From the human T2T-CHM13v2.0 reference genome, Homo sapiens: a stretch of 64,000 bases of DNA. Positions 41,761-56,191 of this stretch are shown one piece after another (position 1 is the stretch's first letter; each line of letters opens with the position of its first letter). The notes beneath the pieces are model-generated. The model did not search any database and was not told where the DNA came from. It saw only the letters and a program-made list of their open reading frames with translations. The stretch is from assembly GCF_009914755.1 (NCBI RefSeq), contig NC_060947.1; one strand, written 5' to 3'. Made by a program: the position numbers and the translations under genes.

Positions 41761-42884
41761 GAGACTCAAGACATTATTTGTAATTCAGCAATCTCGCACA
41801 GTAGCATTAGGGCTCGGGATGTAAAGCTACTGAGAAGTAGATTTGAGCCTGAGAATTAGGGCTACAAATACAATGAGTTGCCACAGAAGGTAGTTAATTA
41901 CCAGTCATTTTAGGACATCAAAATGAAGCTGATCACCACATAGTGGGGCCACTGTAAAGGGGCTGCAAGTCCTGGATGTTGGCATCATACTATGATCTTT
42001 GAAAAAAACAGATACAGGCACTTGCTTTTGGGGATGGGGAAGGGACACCACTGATTACTGAATAACTGTGGCTGGCTTGTCTGAGGGAATGTAAACATTC
42101 CCTTGAGGTAATTTGCTTTTAATTTTGTGTAAAAAGCACCAGGTATTTAGAGACATAAAGTTCCCGTTTTTTAAAAGAATAGTAAATCTGCAATACAAAG
42201 AAAAATATTAAGTTAGTGGATTCGCTGGCAAAGAACTAAGAATGGCTGCAGCCAACACACTGCAGAGTTCCTCCCTGTGGTGGTTACAACTGTTATTTCT
42301 GTTTCATGCCAGTCCAGGAGAAAGCAAAGAGGAAAGTGGATGAGCTATAATCCGTTCACCTGAATAGGCAGTGCCAGGATGTCCCCCCCAGCTTGCCTCT
42401 CACCCGCCCCGCTGCTGCCCAGCTGATTTGTTTGAAGTCCTCTTTGATATCTATGAGAGCACCGTGGAAGGAAGAAGAAGGGAGGCGACCGGAGAGCTAT
42501 GGCCTCTGTGCAGATTTTTGAGTTAGATTAAAATTAGTACCACCTGATTAGGAGCCTACCTGGTGAGGAAAAAAGCCTTCTTTTCAAAGTACAAAAAAAA
42601 GCGATGTGTACCAAGGAGAAAACCAGCAGAGAAAGCTTGGTGGAAGAAGTGATGTTCTTGTGGAATGTGCCAGCAGCTTCTCCTTCCAGAATGCTGACAC
42701 CAGATGAATCTTTGGTTAGAATTAAGCCTACCCCTTTGTTTTTCACATGAGAAAACTGAACCCTCGAGTAATGAAATTATATTCACAGAGCTAATTAGAA
42801 ACAGGAGACTATAATTGAAATCTAGTTTTTAGCCTCAATTCTTTCTCCATTTTGCCACTTTACTGCCAAATTCTATTCATCTAA

Positions 42885-43057
42885 ATTATTGGGGTCTTAA
42901 CCTGGGGGCCAAATGAGTTCATGGGAGGGGTCTCTGAGTTTCCTACAATTAAGTTACATGCAAAAATGTGTGTATATGTTCAACATGTGCATTTTCCTAA
43001 ACTGAGGGCTCAGATTCCAAAAGAGGTCTATGACCGAAAAAGGGTGAAGAACCACTG
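42885..43057. mobile_element. hAT-Charlie-type MITE remnant
   Basis: Ends ggtcttaacctgggg ... aaaaagggtgaagaaccactg. Confidence 0.55.
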
Positions 43058-43762
43058 TCCTAAATTAATACAGACCTCATTGGGAGTGTGATCCTGGTGT
43101 CCTCATTTTGGCTAATGAGCAATCAAGAACTTTTGAACTATCTTTTCTCTAAGGATCCAAAAATGCTTCAAAATATTGGTTTCTTCATCCCAAGCCAAGT
43201 GCCTACTTCTATTCATTTATTCTTCATTCATTCTTTCATTCATTCATTTCTTTATTCTGCAAATGTATTTTCAGTGCCAATTCATGTTCTAGCAGCAGCT
43301 AAATATGCCCTCCACAGCAGGACCAGGAAAGGAGCCCTCTGTACTGTGCTCTTGTTGGCAAGAGGAACACCAGGTTGCTACCACATTCTCACTGTTGCAA
43401 CAAATTATATATAGCCTCAAATTTTCAGTAACCATCCCACACACACATACACACATAAAGGCAGCAGCCAACAAAGCCAACATATAGAAGTGTGCCCTGT
43501 CAAAGAACCAGGAAGAGCAGCCTATTTCCAGGTTATATACAGTGATATGCTGTTTACAACTGCATACCACATCCTTAGAAGGCCTGCTCCCAAATGAGCC
43601 CTACTCTGAGATGTCTACACCAGGCATGCTTTCACACACGTGCAGTACCCTACTCTCAAAACAAGTATGGAGAGAATAAGTCTCATTCATCTCGTTAATA
43701 TTTTTAGTGGGCAAAGAAGCAACCGTGGCCATGGACAGATGGGTGCATTTAAGGACAGGTGT

Positions 43763-44047
43763 GGCCGGGCACAGTGGCTCAAGCCTGTAATCCCAGCACT
43801 TTGGGAGGCGGAGGCGGGCAGATCACGAGGTTAAGAGATTGAGACCATCCTGGCCAGCATGGTGAAACCCCGCCTCTACTAAAAAATACAAAAAAATTAG
43901 CTGGGCGTGGTGGCACGTGCCTGTAGTCCCAGCTACTCAGGAGGCAGGAGAATCCCTTGAACCCGGGAGGTAGAAGTTGCAGTGAGCCGAGATTTCACCA
44001 CTGCCCTCCAGACTGGCAACAGAGTGAGACTTCGTCTCAAAAAAATA
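43763..44047 (+). mobile_element. AluSc-like
   Basis: gatcacgaggttaagagattgagaccatcctggcc; TSD aaggacaggtgt / aaggacaagtgt. Confidence 0.93.
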
Positions 44048-44390
44048 AAGGACAAGTGTGTTTTATACACAAATATGCAGAAGCCCAGTTCTCTTGACTC
44101 CAAGTCAGAAGCTAGATAAAATAGAGGTTGCTGGGGGAAGTTGGAAAATAAATGACTATACTGTACTTGTTGGCTCTGCTGCTGCTGATATAACTTCAGG
44201 CACAACGGAAGCCGCCTCGGTTGGCCTATGGGAAGGGCTGGGTGAATCACTGCTTGGCCTTGCATGAAGCACAAAGGACACACCAATGGCTGATCAGTGG
44301 CCCTTCCATCATCTTCTGCCCAGCCATGATAAGGAAAGCCTTCTATTGAGATGGAGGAATATTAGCTCAACTTTGTAGCATCTGATGTAA

Positions 44391-44740
<350 letters not shown>

Positions 44741-45867
44741 AGGGCTTTGTTCATTAGGATCAACAAAGTGCTTTGTCTAATTCCTGCAAAATGGCAAAGA
44801 CCCAGCCCATTTCCATTACTCATTCCAGGCTCATGCTCAGGAAAACTAATAACGTTCTCTTTGACAAAACAATTTCCTTAATTTTCTAGGATGAATCTTG
44901 AACATGTTTAGCTCAGCCTTTCAGATATTTATTCTTTAAATTACCATCCTGTCAAAATTGCCTTTACGCACTGATCCAGAATCACCAAGGCAGTTGCCAC
45001 GATGCCTCCCAGGACTGTGGGTGACTGGGCAAACTGGTAATGACCCGTTGGCTCTGCTTCACACACACACATACACATTGACACACATAAATGTACACAT
45101 GCATATATGTGTGTACAACACAACTATAAAACATAGAAACATATACCTGTACATATGCACATGCTTACATACACACATATCACAGATGTGCATGCACACA
45201 TACACATGCACACCACCTTTTACAATATGCCTGACACATTTGAGGCACATTAAAATGCCTTGGCAGGCCCAGCCCTATAGTTCTGTAAGGTTTGGCAGGC
45301 CAAAGGCTTCGGATGTCTGCAGGATACCATTGAAAAAATGTTATCTTCCCCTTCTATATGTTTCTTATGCACGAGCACAGCTAAGAGCAGCCAAATAGTA
45401 AGCTTTAAAGAAAAGAAACCTGGAAAAGTGAATGTGCCTTGCAATTTAAAAATTGCTAACAGTTTCACAGTGGGAAAATTGCATTTGTTGGAATTTTCCA
45501 AGTCATAAGCAAGAAGAATAGCATAGACCCAAAACGACAGAGATCTCTTCCAAGGTATGGAATTGTGGAAATTTATTTAGAATATTTGCTTGGTGATCCA
45601 GAGAAGGGGGAAAGAAGTGGTGAGGAAGAATATATGGGGTGATCCCTCCAAATTGCCAACTCCTCGTCTTAGGAAGAAGTGGGCAGTTTCCATTGATCCC
45701 TAGCATCAGTTTGACGGGAAAACCGGTGCATTTCATCAACCTCAAGGAAAGGAAGTGCCATGCATGGAGGCCTGGTGATAGGCAACATCCATTTAGAAGA
45801 ACAGTCACACAAGCAACAGAAGAACTATCCAAGACTAGAAGCTTAGAAGCTTATACCAAACTCTCTG

Positions 45868-45900
<33 letters not shown>

Positions 45901-47164
45901 GAGTGGATGGGAGGGGACATTAAGAGGAACCCTAGTGCAGTTCCCCCAAAAAACCTTGGCATAGAGTATAACAGGGAAAAAGTAATTACTGGGAAGCTGA
46001 AAACAATCAAATATGTGAGGAATGACTGAATATGAGCTGAGGATAATGTAAATTGTTCTGGATTGTCTATAAGATAAAGATACAGAGCCTGAATCTATGT
46101 TTTTCTGAATAAAGAGACCCCATATTCTCTTTTGAATTATTGACCTATAATTCCTCTTCAGCAGCTTTGAATACACTCAAGTTCTCTTCCTATTGTTTAT
46201 GATCCCATAATACAACCACCCACTATTTGTTGTGGTTTACAATCCAGCTTAGAACCCTTGAGCAAAATTATTGAATTATTGAATGCTAGGCCCAAACAAA
46301 AGAAATTTCAGCTTGGTTTTAGTAATTTCTTGATCAAACTTCTCTCATTCCTCTAAATGTACAAAGGTTTCAAAGTTGTAAAAAATATGTCTACATAGCC
46401 AATGCTCTTAGTATTTTTAACAGCAAAGATAATCTCTGCCAATAATTATTAATGACAAAATAGTGATAACTGTTCAATGTTGCTTTAACAGTCCAATTGT
46501 AGTAGGTGAGAAAACAAAAAAGAAGAGAAGCTATGTTGAATATTTAGTAATGTTGGAAAAGATCCTCACCCTAGACATAAAATAGTTTAAACATTTAAAC
46601 ATGGCCCCTCTCTTATTGTCATTGCTAGTGAAAGAAGTTCCTGAAATTGCATATTACATTGTAAAGTTTTGGGCTAAATCACAATACATTTTTAAGTTGC
46701 TTCCATGGCAATAGATCGTAAGACCACAGCTTGTCAAAGTAACCACTAATTCAGTATTCAGAAACCTTATCATCTGTTCCTCCAAAAAGACCCCATAGTT
46801 AATGTTGTGTTTCCCAGTATTTTAGTTGGGTTTCTTCACACTTAGGCAAGTGGGTGATTCTGGTCATAATAAACTATTTTCAAACTAGGAAAAAGTATCC
46901 AAATGCTAGAGCACATAATGAGTTCAGCTTGGTCAGTTTTGAGACAGATAAGCATAAAACCCTACTAGAAAAAAATAATAGTCAAACCTAAAGCTTTAAA
47001 AAATGTGAGTCACATCACTTTTCTCCAGGAAAGGCAGAACGTGCTCAGGGTGGAATTTAATCAAAAATGTACCCAGAACAATTTCCCACAAAGAGCTGTA
47101 ATACTTTGCAGCAAGGGGCATTAATAAACTCTAATTTTTACCGAAAGTCAAGAGACACACAGAT

Positions 47165-47406
47165 CTTTTTTGGTACCCTCTACATCATCATAGCAAGGCC
47201 CTTCTGAACATTAACAAGCCTAGATGTTTCTACTGCTTATTTGCAGTATCTACAGGGGAATGGTTCGTGGATATAAACAGAAATGTTTTATCTGAAGAGG
47301 CTGTGTATGCCACCCCAGACCCCTGCATTTCTTAATATCTATAAAAATATGACTAAACTTGTTACATTTGAGGCAAATATGTACAGTATTTTTCCCTTTT
47401 AAAGAT
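47165..47406 (+). repeat. Dispersed duplicated 3'UTR element, copy B
   Basis: Colinear with 39082-39327. Confidence 0.92.
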
Positions 47407-47603
47407 AGTTTAAAAAATCAAGGTAATAAAAAACGGCCAACTCTTTCAGGAAAAAAAAAATCCGGTATTTTGTACTACTTGAGTTTCTCTAATGCCTAAA
47501 ATATGCATTTAAATCATCCCACACCTACACAGAAACAAAATCAGCAGGGAAAACCATCCCACTGATGATTGGCAATTCCACCGTTCCTCTCCATCTGACC
47601 AGC

Positions 47604-47622
47604 TTTCACCAGAGGGCGATCT
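47604..47622 (+). promoter_or_regulatory. Candidate CTCF motif
   Basis: tcaccagagggcga resembles the CTCF core CCACCAGaGGGCGC; motif match only. Confidence 0.35.
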
Positions 47623-47820
47623 TTCATGCTTGCACATCGAGTTTATACAATGTAGAAGCCCCCAAGTCACCTGGGAAATGGCTCATGCCAAATACATGGA
47701 GTCCTTAGTTGACTATCTTTTCATATTAAAATCCCATCTTCCAATGAAGCATCCTGTTTTCAATACTGATATCAAATTTCGAATGTAAAGGAGATTTCAA
47801 ATGTATTGCTTTCACCTTTT

Positions 47821-47961
47821 CTTTTTTATTCATTTATTTTTAATTGACATAAAAATTGTATATATTTATGGGATACAATGTGATGTTTTGATATATGTAT
47901 GCATTGTGGAATGATTAAATCAAGCTAATTAACATATCTATCATCTCACATATTTCTCTTT
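47821..47961 (-). mobile_element. Short L1MA-type 3'-end fragment with TSD
   Basis: tttttaattgacataaaaattgtatatatttatggg..aatcaagctaattaacatatc; TSD ttgctttcac(c/t)tttt at 47806 and 47962. Confidence 0.8.
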
Positions 47962-48002
47962 TTGCTTTCACTTTTTCGGGTTTATTTCTAATCCTCTACT
48001 AA

Positions 48003-48397
<395 letters not shown>

Positions 48398-49211
48398 TAG
48401 TATGGGTTCTTCAGTGTTGTTTATGTTTTGTTTTGTTTATACCAGATTAGCAATCAAAAAAAAAGTGTATATGACTCAATATCCTACAGGCAGAGGTTTG
48501 GGGTTTTTTTTGTGTTTGCTTGCTTGTGTATTTCTTTAGCAGCAGATGTCTTTTTATAAAACCTTGTATATGGTGCCTTCTTTGGCTTAACAGTCACAAT
48601 GGTACACCTCTGTCTCTGAAGTAAGAAAAGAAAAACCAGTTCCTGGCCTTAGTTTAATATATAATCACAAATGGGGAAATAAAATTGTAGTGGGAAGCAC
48701 CCTATATGCCTGCATGCCTGGGCTTACAAGAAGTCAGCAGAAGCCTAATAAAAAATATAAGCTTGGCCTCTTCTTTCTGTAGAATTCTGGTTTTCCCTGG
48801 GTATTTAGGGTTGGGAAGAGGAAATGTTGGGTGTATTAGTTATAGGTCATCACCTGTATGGAGAGAAAGGGGAGAAACCTAGGAGGAAAGTAACAAAGCA
48901 GTATATATACATGGGGTGTCAAAACAATTGTCGGGAGTTGCTAGGTTAGTGTTCTTTTTTAGTTCATTTCACAGGACTAAATAAATGGATGAGTGATTAT
49001 CACTGTCACAAAAGAAAGTTTGAATCTAAAATTATATGTTACAGGTACCAAATTACAATATCATAATGTAAAGAACTGGGATTATTTCAGATTTTGTTTC
49101 AATAGTGCTGAGCTGGAACCCAGCAGCTGGGAACAGCTAAAGGAGAAGTAGCACTCACTCCTGTCTGCTAAAGTCCTTATTTAGCCCATTTCCATGGAAA
49201 CTGAAATCAGA

Positions 49212-49227
49212 TCTCTCTCTCTCTCTC

Positions 49228-49281
<54 letters not shown>

Positions 49282-49290
49282 GGAATGTCT

Positions 49291-49333
<43 letters not shown>
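49212..49333. repeat. Compound (TC)n-(AC)22 / 20-nt spacer / (GT)20 inverted microsatellite
   Basis: Directly visible. Confidence 0.97.
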
Positions 49334-49336
<3 letters not shown>

Positions 49337-50255
49337 CATACACAGGATAATTTCTCCGTGAACATTCTCTCATCAGAGGTAACTCTCCAACAAATGGAAG
49401 AAGGGTCAGCAATCCAGGCTGACTTCCTTTTTTAGAAGCCAAACCTGTAATGCAGATGAAAAAATCGGGTTAGAAAAGTAAATATATCACACCAGGCCTT
49501 TGCTACCAATTCCTTGGGGCATTCCATTTCGTAACTGCATATTCAATTAATTTAGCTAACTTGGAAATATTTTATGGTGAGCAGACAGCCACTGAAACTA
49601 AATTTAATCCCTTGGATTTTTGCCCACTTTGCTTTACTCTGAAGCATTGACATTTCCCTATATAGCCCGGAAAATAAAGGCTAAGGGAAAAGAGAAAGTG
49701 AATGAATTTATTTTAATTTTTCAACATATACTTTGTTAAGTTTCTATCCTAATGGAAAAATGATAGGTGCATATTCCAGATTTCTGGGGACATTTTATAA
49801 TAAATGATTCCATCTTAGTCCACATCTCCCTTGAAGACAGGCCAACGCTCAAGTTGCTGCCTATAAAAGGGTACTGATAAAACCTCCCCATAAGGGTGGA
49901 AGAAGAATGAATACTGTTCCTTTCAATGAGGTCACCAGGCAACCTGGATGACTTCTATACATGGAAAATTTTCGATAGGCGAAAATATTTTACTTCCCAT
50001 TTCTGTCCTTTTTTTCTATGAGGAAAGATAAAAATAGGATTTCTTTTTAAAGAATTTTCACTTTAAAATGGACTGTAGATGATGATTTTGGATCTTAAAT
50101 TAGGTTATTTTACCATCCCCTTTGCAAAATTGGTGAGTGTTGCAGCTCATAAAATATTTAGCTTTTGCTGGAATCTAAAATGGGATGAAAAGCTGTATGT
50201 TTCAGCTGGCATAGATCAACAGGACAATAGGGCTTGATCTTAAACATAAGTGGCT

Positions 50256-50552
50256 TATTTTATTTTATTTTAGAGACAGAATTTCGTTCTGTTGCCCAGG
50301 CTGGGGTGCAGTGGTGCAGTCATGTAGCCTCGAACTCTTGGGCTTAAGCAATCATCTTGCCTCAGCCTCCTGAGTGACTAGGACTATGGGCACACACCCC
50401 CATGCCTGGCTAATTTCTTTTTTAATTTCTTGTAGAGATGGGAGTGTCCCTATGTTTCCCAGGCTAGCCTCAAGTTCCTGGCCTCAAGATGATCCTCCTG
50501 CCTCAGCCTCCCAAAGTTCTGGAATTACAGGTGTGAGCCACCACACACAGCC
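50256..50552 (-). mobile_element. AluJ
   Basis: Diverged dimer with (ATTTT)n tail. Confidence 0.9.
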
Positions 50553-52254
50553 CATAGGAGATATTTAAAAAAAAAAAAACCTCAATATAGCATATTCTCA
50601 TTTGTGCCTCATACTTGAATAGGCAGACTTGTGAAAGAATGAGGGTGTTGATAGTCTATATTCAAAACTAGGGTGGGGGAAGCAATTGTTATATTTTATA
50701 AAATTTAAATATTTTTAGAATTAGAAAATTGACGAAGGGCTAAAGTCTATTCAAAACCACCATGGGGAGCAATGATTTTACTTTATAAAATGGAAGAGTC
50801 ATTTCTTAGAATAAAAAATAATTAACAGTAAAGAGTGAGAGGTGAGAAAACTAACATTTCTTATACTAAGGCATGGCTCAAGATGCCAGACCCTGCCCTC
50901 TTGGAGGCAAGTGCTATCTCCCCCGAGGTGTTACACTGAGATGACATTTCATCATCTACATGAAAATCTTCATTTCTGCAGAGAGCATCACTGACTCACA
51001 GAAAATAAACACAAAAACAGAAACAAAAAACCTTGAGTCACAGTACCTAAGCCAAGTTCAAAAACATCCATTGGGAGAGACCCCCAAAAGAATGTATAAT
51101 AAGTACCCATCACTATAGCTTGAACAGGAATACAGATGTTGAATCTGTAAGAATAGAGTCCTAGAAGCCATCAAGTAAAGGATCCCAGGCTGTCATATTT
51201 GTCTGCATTTATATGAATTAAAAAATGTATGGTTGTTAGAAAAAGGGGCCCACTTAATTTTTCGCTTGACCTTGCATTATAGAAGAATTATAGAATGACC
51301 AAAAAAAAAACCCCAAAACCAGGAAGTAGTACTAAATATGTTTAACAGACCTTGGCAATTGATGTTCCATGGCTAAAAGGTAAATTTTAGAATGATCTAG
51401 TACTACTAAATAATTTCTGTATATATACACACTGAGTCCAAAGCTTAAACTTGAAATAACTATAGTTGTGAGATTTGTATCCCAGCATTTCTTTTGTAGG
51501 TGTGAAAAGAAAATCTGGAAATTCAGCAATGTCATTAAATACAAATTCACAGTAGGACTTTACTTTCAATCCTTCTAGGGTCTGGGCATTTCCTTTCCAT
51601 TACTAAAGAAATTGGAAATCTTAGCAAGTGAAAATATTTTTATCATTGTATTAATTTGAATGTTTTTTCTCTCTCTAAAAGTGTTCTCCCTCCTCCCTTA
51701 TTCTTTTACTGTTTCAGAATACTCAAAAAACAATCCATAGACTTCAGCTAGTATGGCTCAAATGTTTCCCAAACTTTTGCGATTGTAAGGATTCCTGGGT
51801 TCCGCTAAAGGGTGGCTGATGCGGCTTCCAGATTAACTCTTTCCTAAAAGTTATAGAATTACGTATCAACAGCTAAAGGACACAATTACAAGCTGAAATA
51901 CTGTCACATACTGTGTAATATCCTACAATCTTGCAGTGTTTAATAAACAGACACCTCTGTCATTTCATATTTATACAGATTTTAAAATTAAGCACACAAC
52001 TAAAAACAACTACGTATGTACCCCTATTGCATTACTTGGATCATGGCAAAGGGAAAACACAACAAACACTACTGCAAAACGTTTGGCCATCACACAGCAT
52101 TAAAAATAAAGCAGATGCCGAGTTGAACATTTACTAGTGTGTGATGTGCCAGCCTAGAATCTTCTAATTCAGGTGTTATAACTCAAGCATTTTTCAGAAT
52201 TTGGTTCATACATGTCTTACAATCTGTTATTGACATAATGATGAGGGAGATGAG

Positions 52255-52723
52255 TGTCTCAGAATGGGTCTCCCCCAGAATCAGACTAGGAGACAATATG
52301 TGCATGTAAGTGGTTTGTTTAGGAGGTAATCCCAGGAATACCAGCAGGGGAGAGGCAAAGTGATACAGGGACTGGGGAGAAGACAACAGGGGATATATTA
52401 ATGAACAGGTTACCTCTATGGGCAGCTGGAGCCCAATCCCATTGGAGACTTCTGGGAGATGGTTATGGAACATACTTCAGAGTTCTATCTGGGTAATCTG
52501 GGGTATTTAACTTCCACTTCCATCAAATATTGGATAAAGGTTCCTTATTAACTCACCATTATTAACTCCTCATTAACTTGCCAGCACCTACAGCCTGCCC
52601 CATCTGTGACCTGAAGAAGAGGCCTCAAGGAGAGAGCTACAGGTGTCTGCAGTAGATGCTCTTGGCATATAGTAAAATAGTAAGTGTTAAAGGATATGGA
52701 CAGAGCACCAGCAGTCTGGTACA
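52255..52723 (-). mobile_element. LTR33-like solo LTR (copy 5)
   Basis: TG...CA ends with a perfect 5-bp TSD ATGAG; same internal motifs as copies 1-4. Confidence 0.8.
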
Positions 52724-53114
52724 ATGAGGCATATTTTATATACATGTATGCATATATATATATATGCAGACACTGAACAGATTCTTTAGCTCTCTGAGAC
52801 ACCACGAGGTTGGCTCTGCAGGGATCTAAGCCAAGACTAAAGGCAGGTAAGCTAAGGTCTAGGTAAGGGCTCCAGCAGAATAAGACCACCAAGGGAAAAG
52901 TAAAAGCTGGTTAACAATACTGAAAAACTAAGGCCATAGGCATAGTAGATGCAGATAAAGATCATAGCTCACGAGGTACTCTGGAAGCTACGTCATTCTA
53001 AGGTATGAACAGGATTAAGAAAACAGATGACTGGAGAAAAACTGGGGTATAGTGTCAGCACCAAGAAGAGCTCTAATTCTAGTTTATCTTTGTTTGTACC
53101 AGAGGCTTCATATC

Positions 53115-53275
53115 CAATTGTGTGCTGATAAACTTTAACAACTGGCTGCCAGGGGAAGAGGGGTGGCATGGCCTATACCAAGCTACTCATGGTTTAATAA
53201 TTGGCTTGCAAAACTCCTGAAAATGTAACAATTGGTTCTCACAAATTGGAATGAGCCAGCTTCAGCATGCCATTG
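53115..53275 (-). mobile_element. MER63-like hAT MITE
   Basis: tgtgctgataaactttaacaactggct ... aaaactcctgaaaatgtaacaattgg ... gagccagcttcagcatgccattg. Confidence 0.65.
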
Positions 53276-54900
53276 CCTGTATCTCTCCACCCAACATCCA
53301 GCCACTTTTGAAGGGCTATTGACTACAACTAAAACATATCCAGTTCCTGGTGTTGAAAGTTGTGCCTGTAACTACCTCAGTACATGTGTGGGTGGGTAAC
53401 ACCATTGATTTGGGTCTTGGGGATATTTAGTGGAGGCTGAACTCTTGAAAACCTCTGACTCTCCCTCATTCTTGTCTTCCTCGGAGCCTTCGACATTCCT
53501 TGAGTCTGGAATTAGGATTTTGGAAGAAGTGCTTCTAGGTCAGATTCTGGCAGTCCTTTACCACCTGCAGATCGGCATCTATAATGTGTCTTATCCATGC
53601 CATATCTATTCCAATGGCTTATGCACTAACATTTGCTCCATGTATTTATAGATAAAATCAAATTACACTCATATCCAAAAGCAAAAGAACCTAGAACTGT
53701 CATAAGTACTTCAGTTAATGAACACATCACAGCACAGTCATATACTCAACTCTCTTCCAGATATCATAGTTAATGCAGATTACGGCTGCCCAAGCCATGA
53801 ACGAAATGTTACACATGAAAACAACAGAAACGCATGTTCAGTTCATACACTGGGCTTCCTCTCCACCCAGAGTTCAGGGAAACCTGTATCTCCCCCATTA
53901 AATCTTAACAAACAGACGTAATTGTCAACCATAGCTACAAGAAGCCACCCCTCGTCTGCAAGCAAGCTACTCACCATTAGTCGGCATTTCCCATGACCTT
54001 CATATTTTTAAATATTAAGTGCTACACTTCTATAATCTCCCTGATAGCCACATGAGTTCTACTCCGGATTCATGCTGAATTGTGTTCCATTCTCTTGATT
54101 GTTTCTTCTGTGTTCAGAAAGAATAGTAGATCCATTTTCAAAGTAAAATATCCCCCTTTCCCTGTCTTCCTCTGGTCATACATAAAGAAGTTAGTAAGAC
54201 ATCGCTCATGTACTCTTTGAATTTCCTTTCACTTCCATGAAACTTCCCCACAACTTGCTGGCCCTCTTCACTGCGAAGGTGGCAAATTTGAGTTGGGTTC
54301 TTCTGCGTCTATGTTTTATGAAAAGAAGTCCTTAATTATGTCAATTATAGAATTAGAGTAAAAATGAGTATAAGTTTCCAATTATTTGGACACGCTACTC
54401 TGGAAGTTCTTGTATTCAGAAGGCATCTCAAGGAAAGTCTGGAGAAGAAGAAACTATTTGTGGCTTAAAACTTGTTCTCTTTATAGGGCTTCTCTTTGTG
54501 GTAGCTACCCCTTGGCTCGGATCAAGGCTATGATTTTAAACTCCTTTGTTCAATTTTGCACTGTCATCTGAAGACTAGTAGCAGAAAGTAGCAATTTGAA
54601 TAACAACAGTCTTTCAATGTAGTTCTAATATTTCTTCAAGAGATATCCAAATAGAAGCATTTCTTTAATATTCCCTGACAGGTTTTCCTTTGAAGAAGTT
54701 GTAATCTACACAATATTTTATTTTCTACTATAGCACATCCCATCCTTCTGTCCACAGCAGCCAGATGGTACTTCTTATTAGCTGAAGAAATAATCAGACA
54801 AGAAAAACTGGCCATTGAACAATTAGGAATACTACTTGATATATTTTTCCCAGGTATCCATTCTTGGTTCTCAGTAACAAGAATGTGCCAGCTTTCAACA

Positions 54901-55740
54901 ACAAATGCTGGCAAGGATGTAGAGAAAAGGGAAGAGGGAATCCTTGTATGCTGTTGGTGGTAATGTAAATTACTACAGCCACTATGGAGAACAGTTTAGA
55001 GGTTCCTCAAAAAACTAAAAATTGAGCTACCATATGATCCAGCAATCCCACTCCTGGGTATATACCGAAAAGAGAGGAAATCAGTATATCAAAGAGATCT
55101 ATGCACTCCTATGTTTGTTGCAGCACTATTTACACTAATTAAGATTTGCAAAAAAAAAGATTTGCATGCATGTGCATCAACAGATCAATGGATAAAGAAG
55201 ATGTGGTACATACACACAAATGGAGTACTATTCGGCCTTAAAAAAGAATGAGATCCAGTCATTTGCAACAACATGGATGGAACTGGAGATCATTATTCTA
55301 AGTGAAATAAGCCAGGCACAGAAAGACAAACATCGTATGTTCTCACTTATCTGTGGGATCTAAAAATCAAAACAATTGAACTCATGGACATAGAGAATAG
55401 AAGGATGGTTACCAGAGGCAGAGATGGGTAGTGGGAGGGTGGCGGGGGAGGTGGGGTGGTTAATGGATACAAAATAAGAATATTTTAAAAGAATGAATAA
55501 GACCTACTATTGGACAGCACAACAAGGTAACTATAGTCAATAATAATTCAATTAAGTATTTTAAAATACCTTAAAGAGAATAATTGGATTGTTTGTAACT
55601 CAAAAAATAAATGTTTGAGGGGATAGAAACCCCATTTTCCAAAATGTGCTTATTTCACATTGCATGCCTGTATTAAAACATCTCATGTACCCCATAAATA
55701 TATACACCTACTATGTACCATAAAAATTAAAATTTTTTTA
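54901..55740 (+). mobile_element. 5'-truncated L1MA (about L1MA2-3) 3' end
   Basis: Typical L1MA 3' sequence; TSD gtgccagctttcaaca / gtaccagctttaaca. Confidence 0.88.
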
Positions 55741-55882
55741 AAGTACCAGCTTTAACATTTCCCAGCATCATAAGTCCCAACACAATATTTCTAATCGCTC
55801 AGCTTCATCTCAAAATGGAAGAGTGCCAGGGACAATGATAGGATTTAAGATGGCAGCCTGCCACTGCGAAATTACCACGAGA

Positions 55883-56191
<309 letters not shown>

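Noticed and set aside
55427-55460. G-quadruplex-like G tract
   Set aside because: It is the ordinary polypurine tract of an L1MA 3'UTR.
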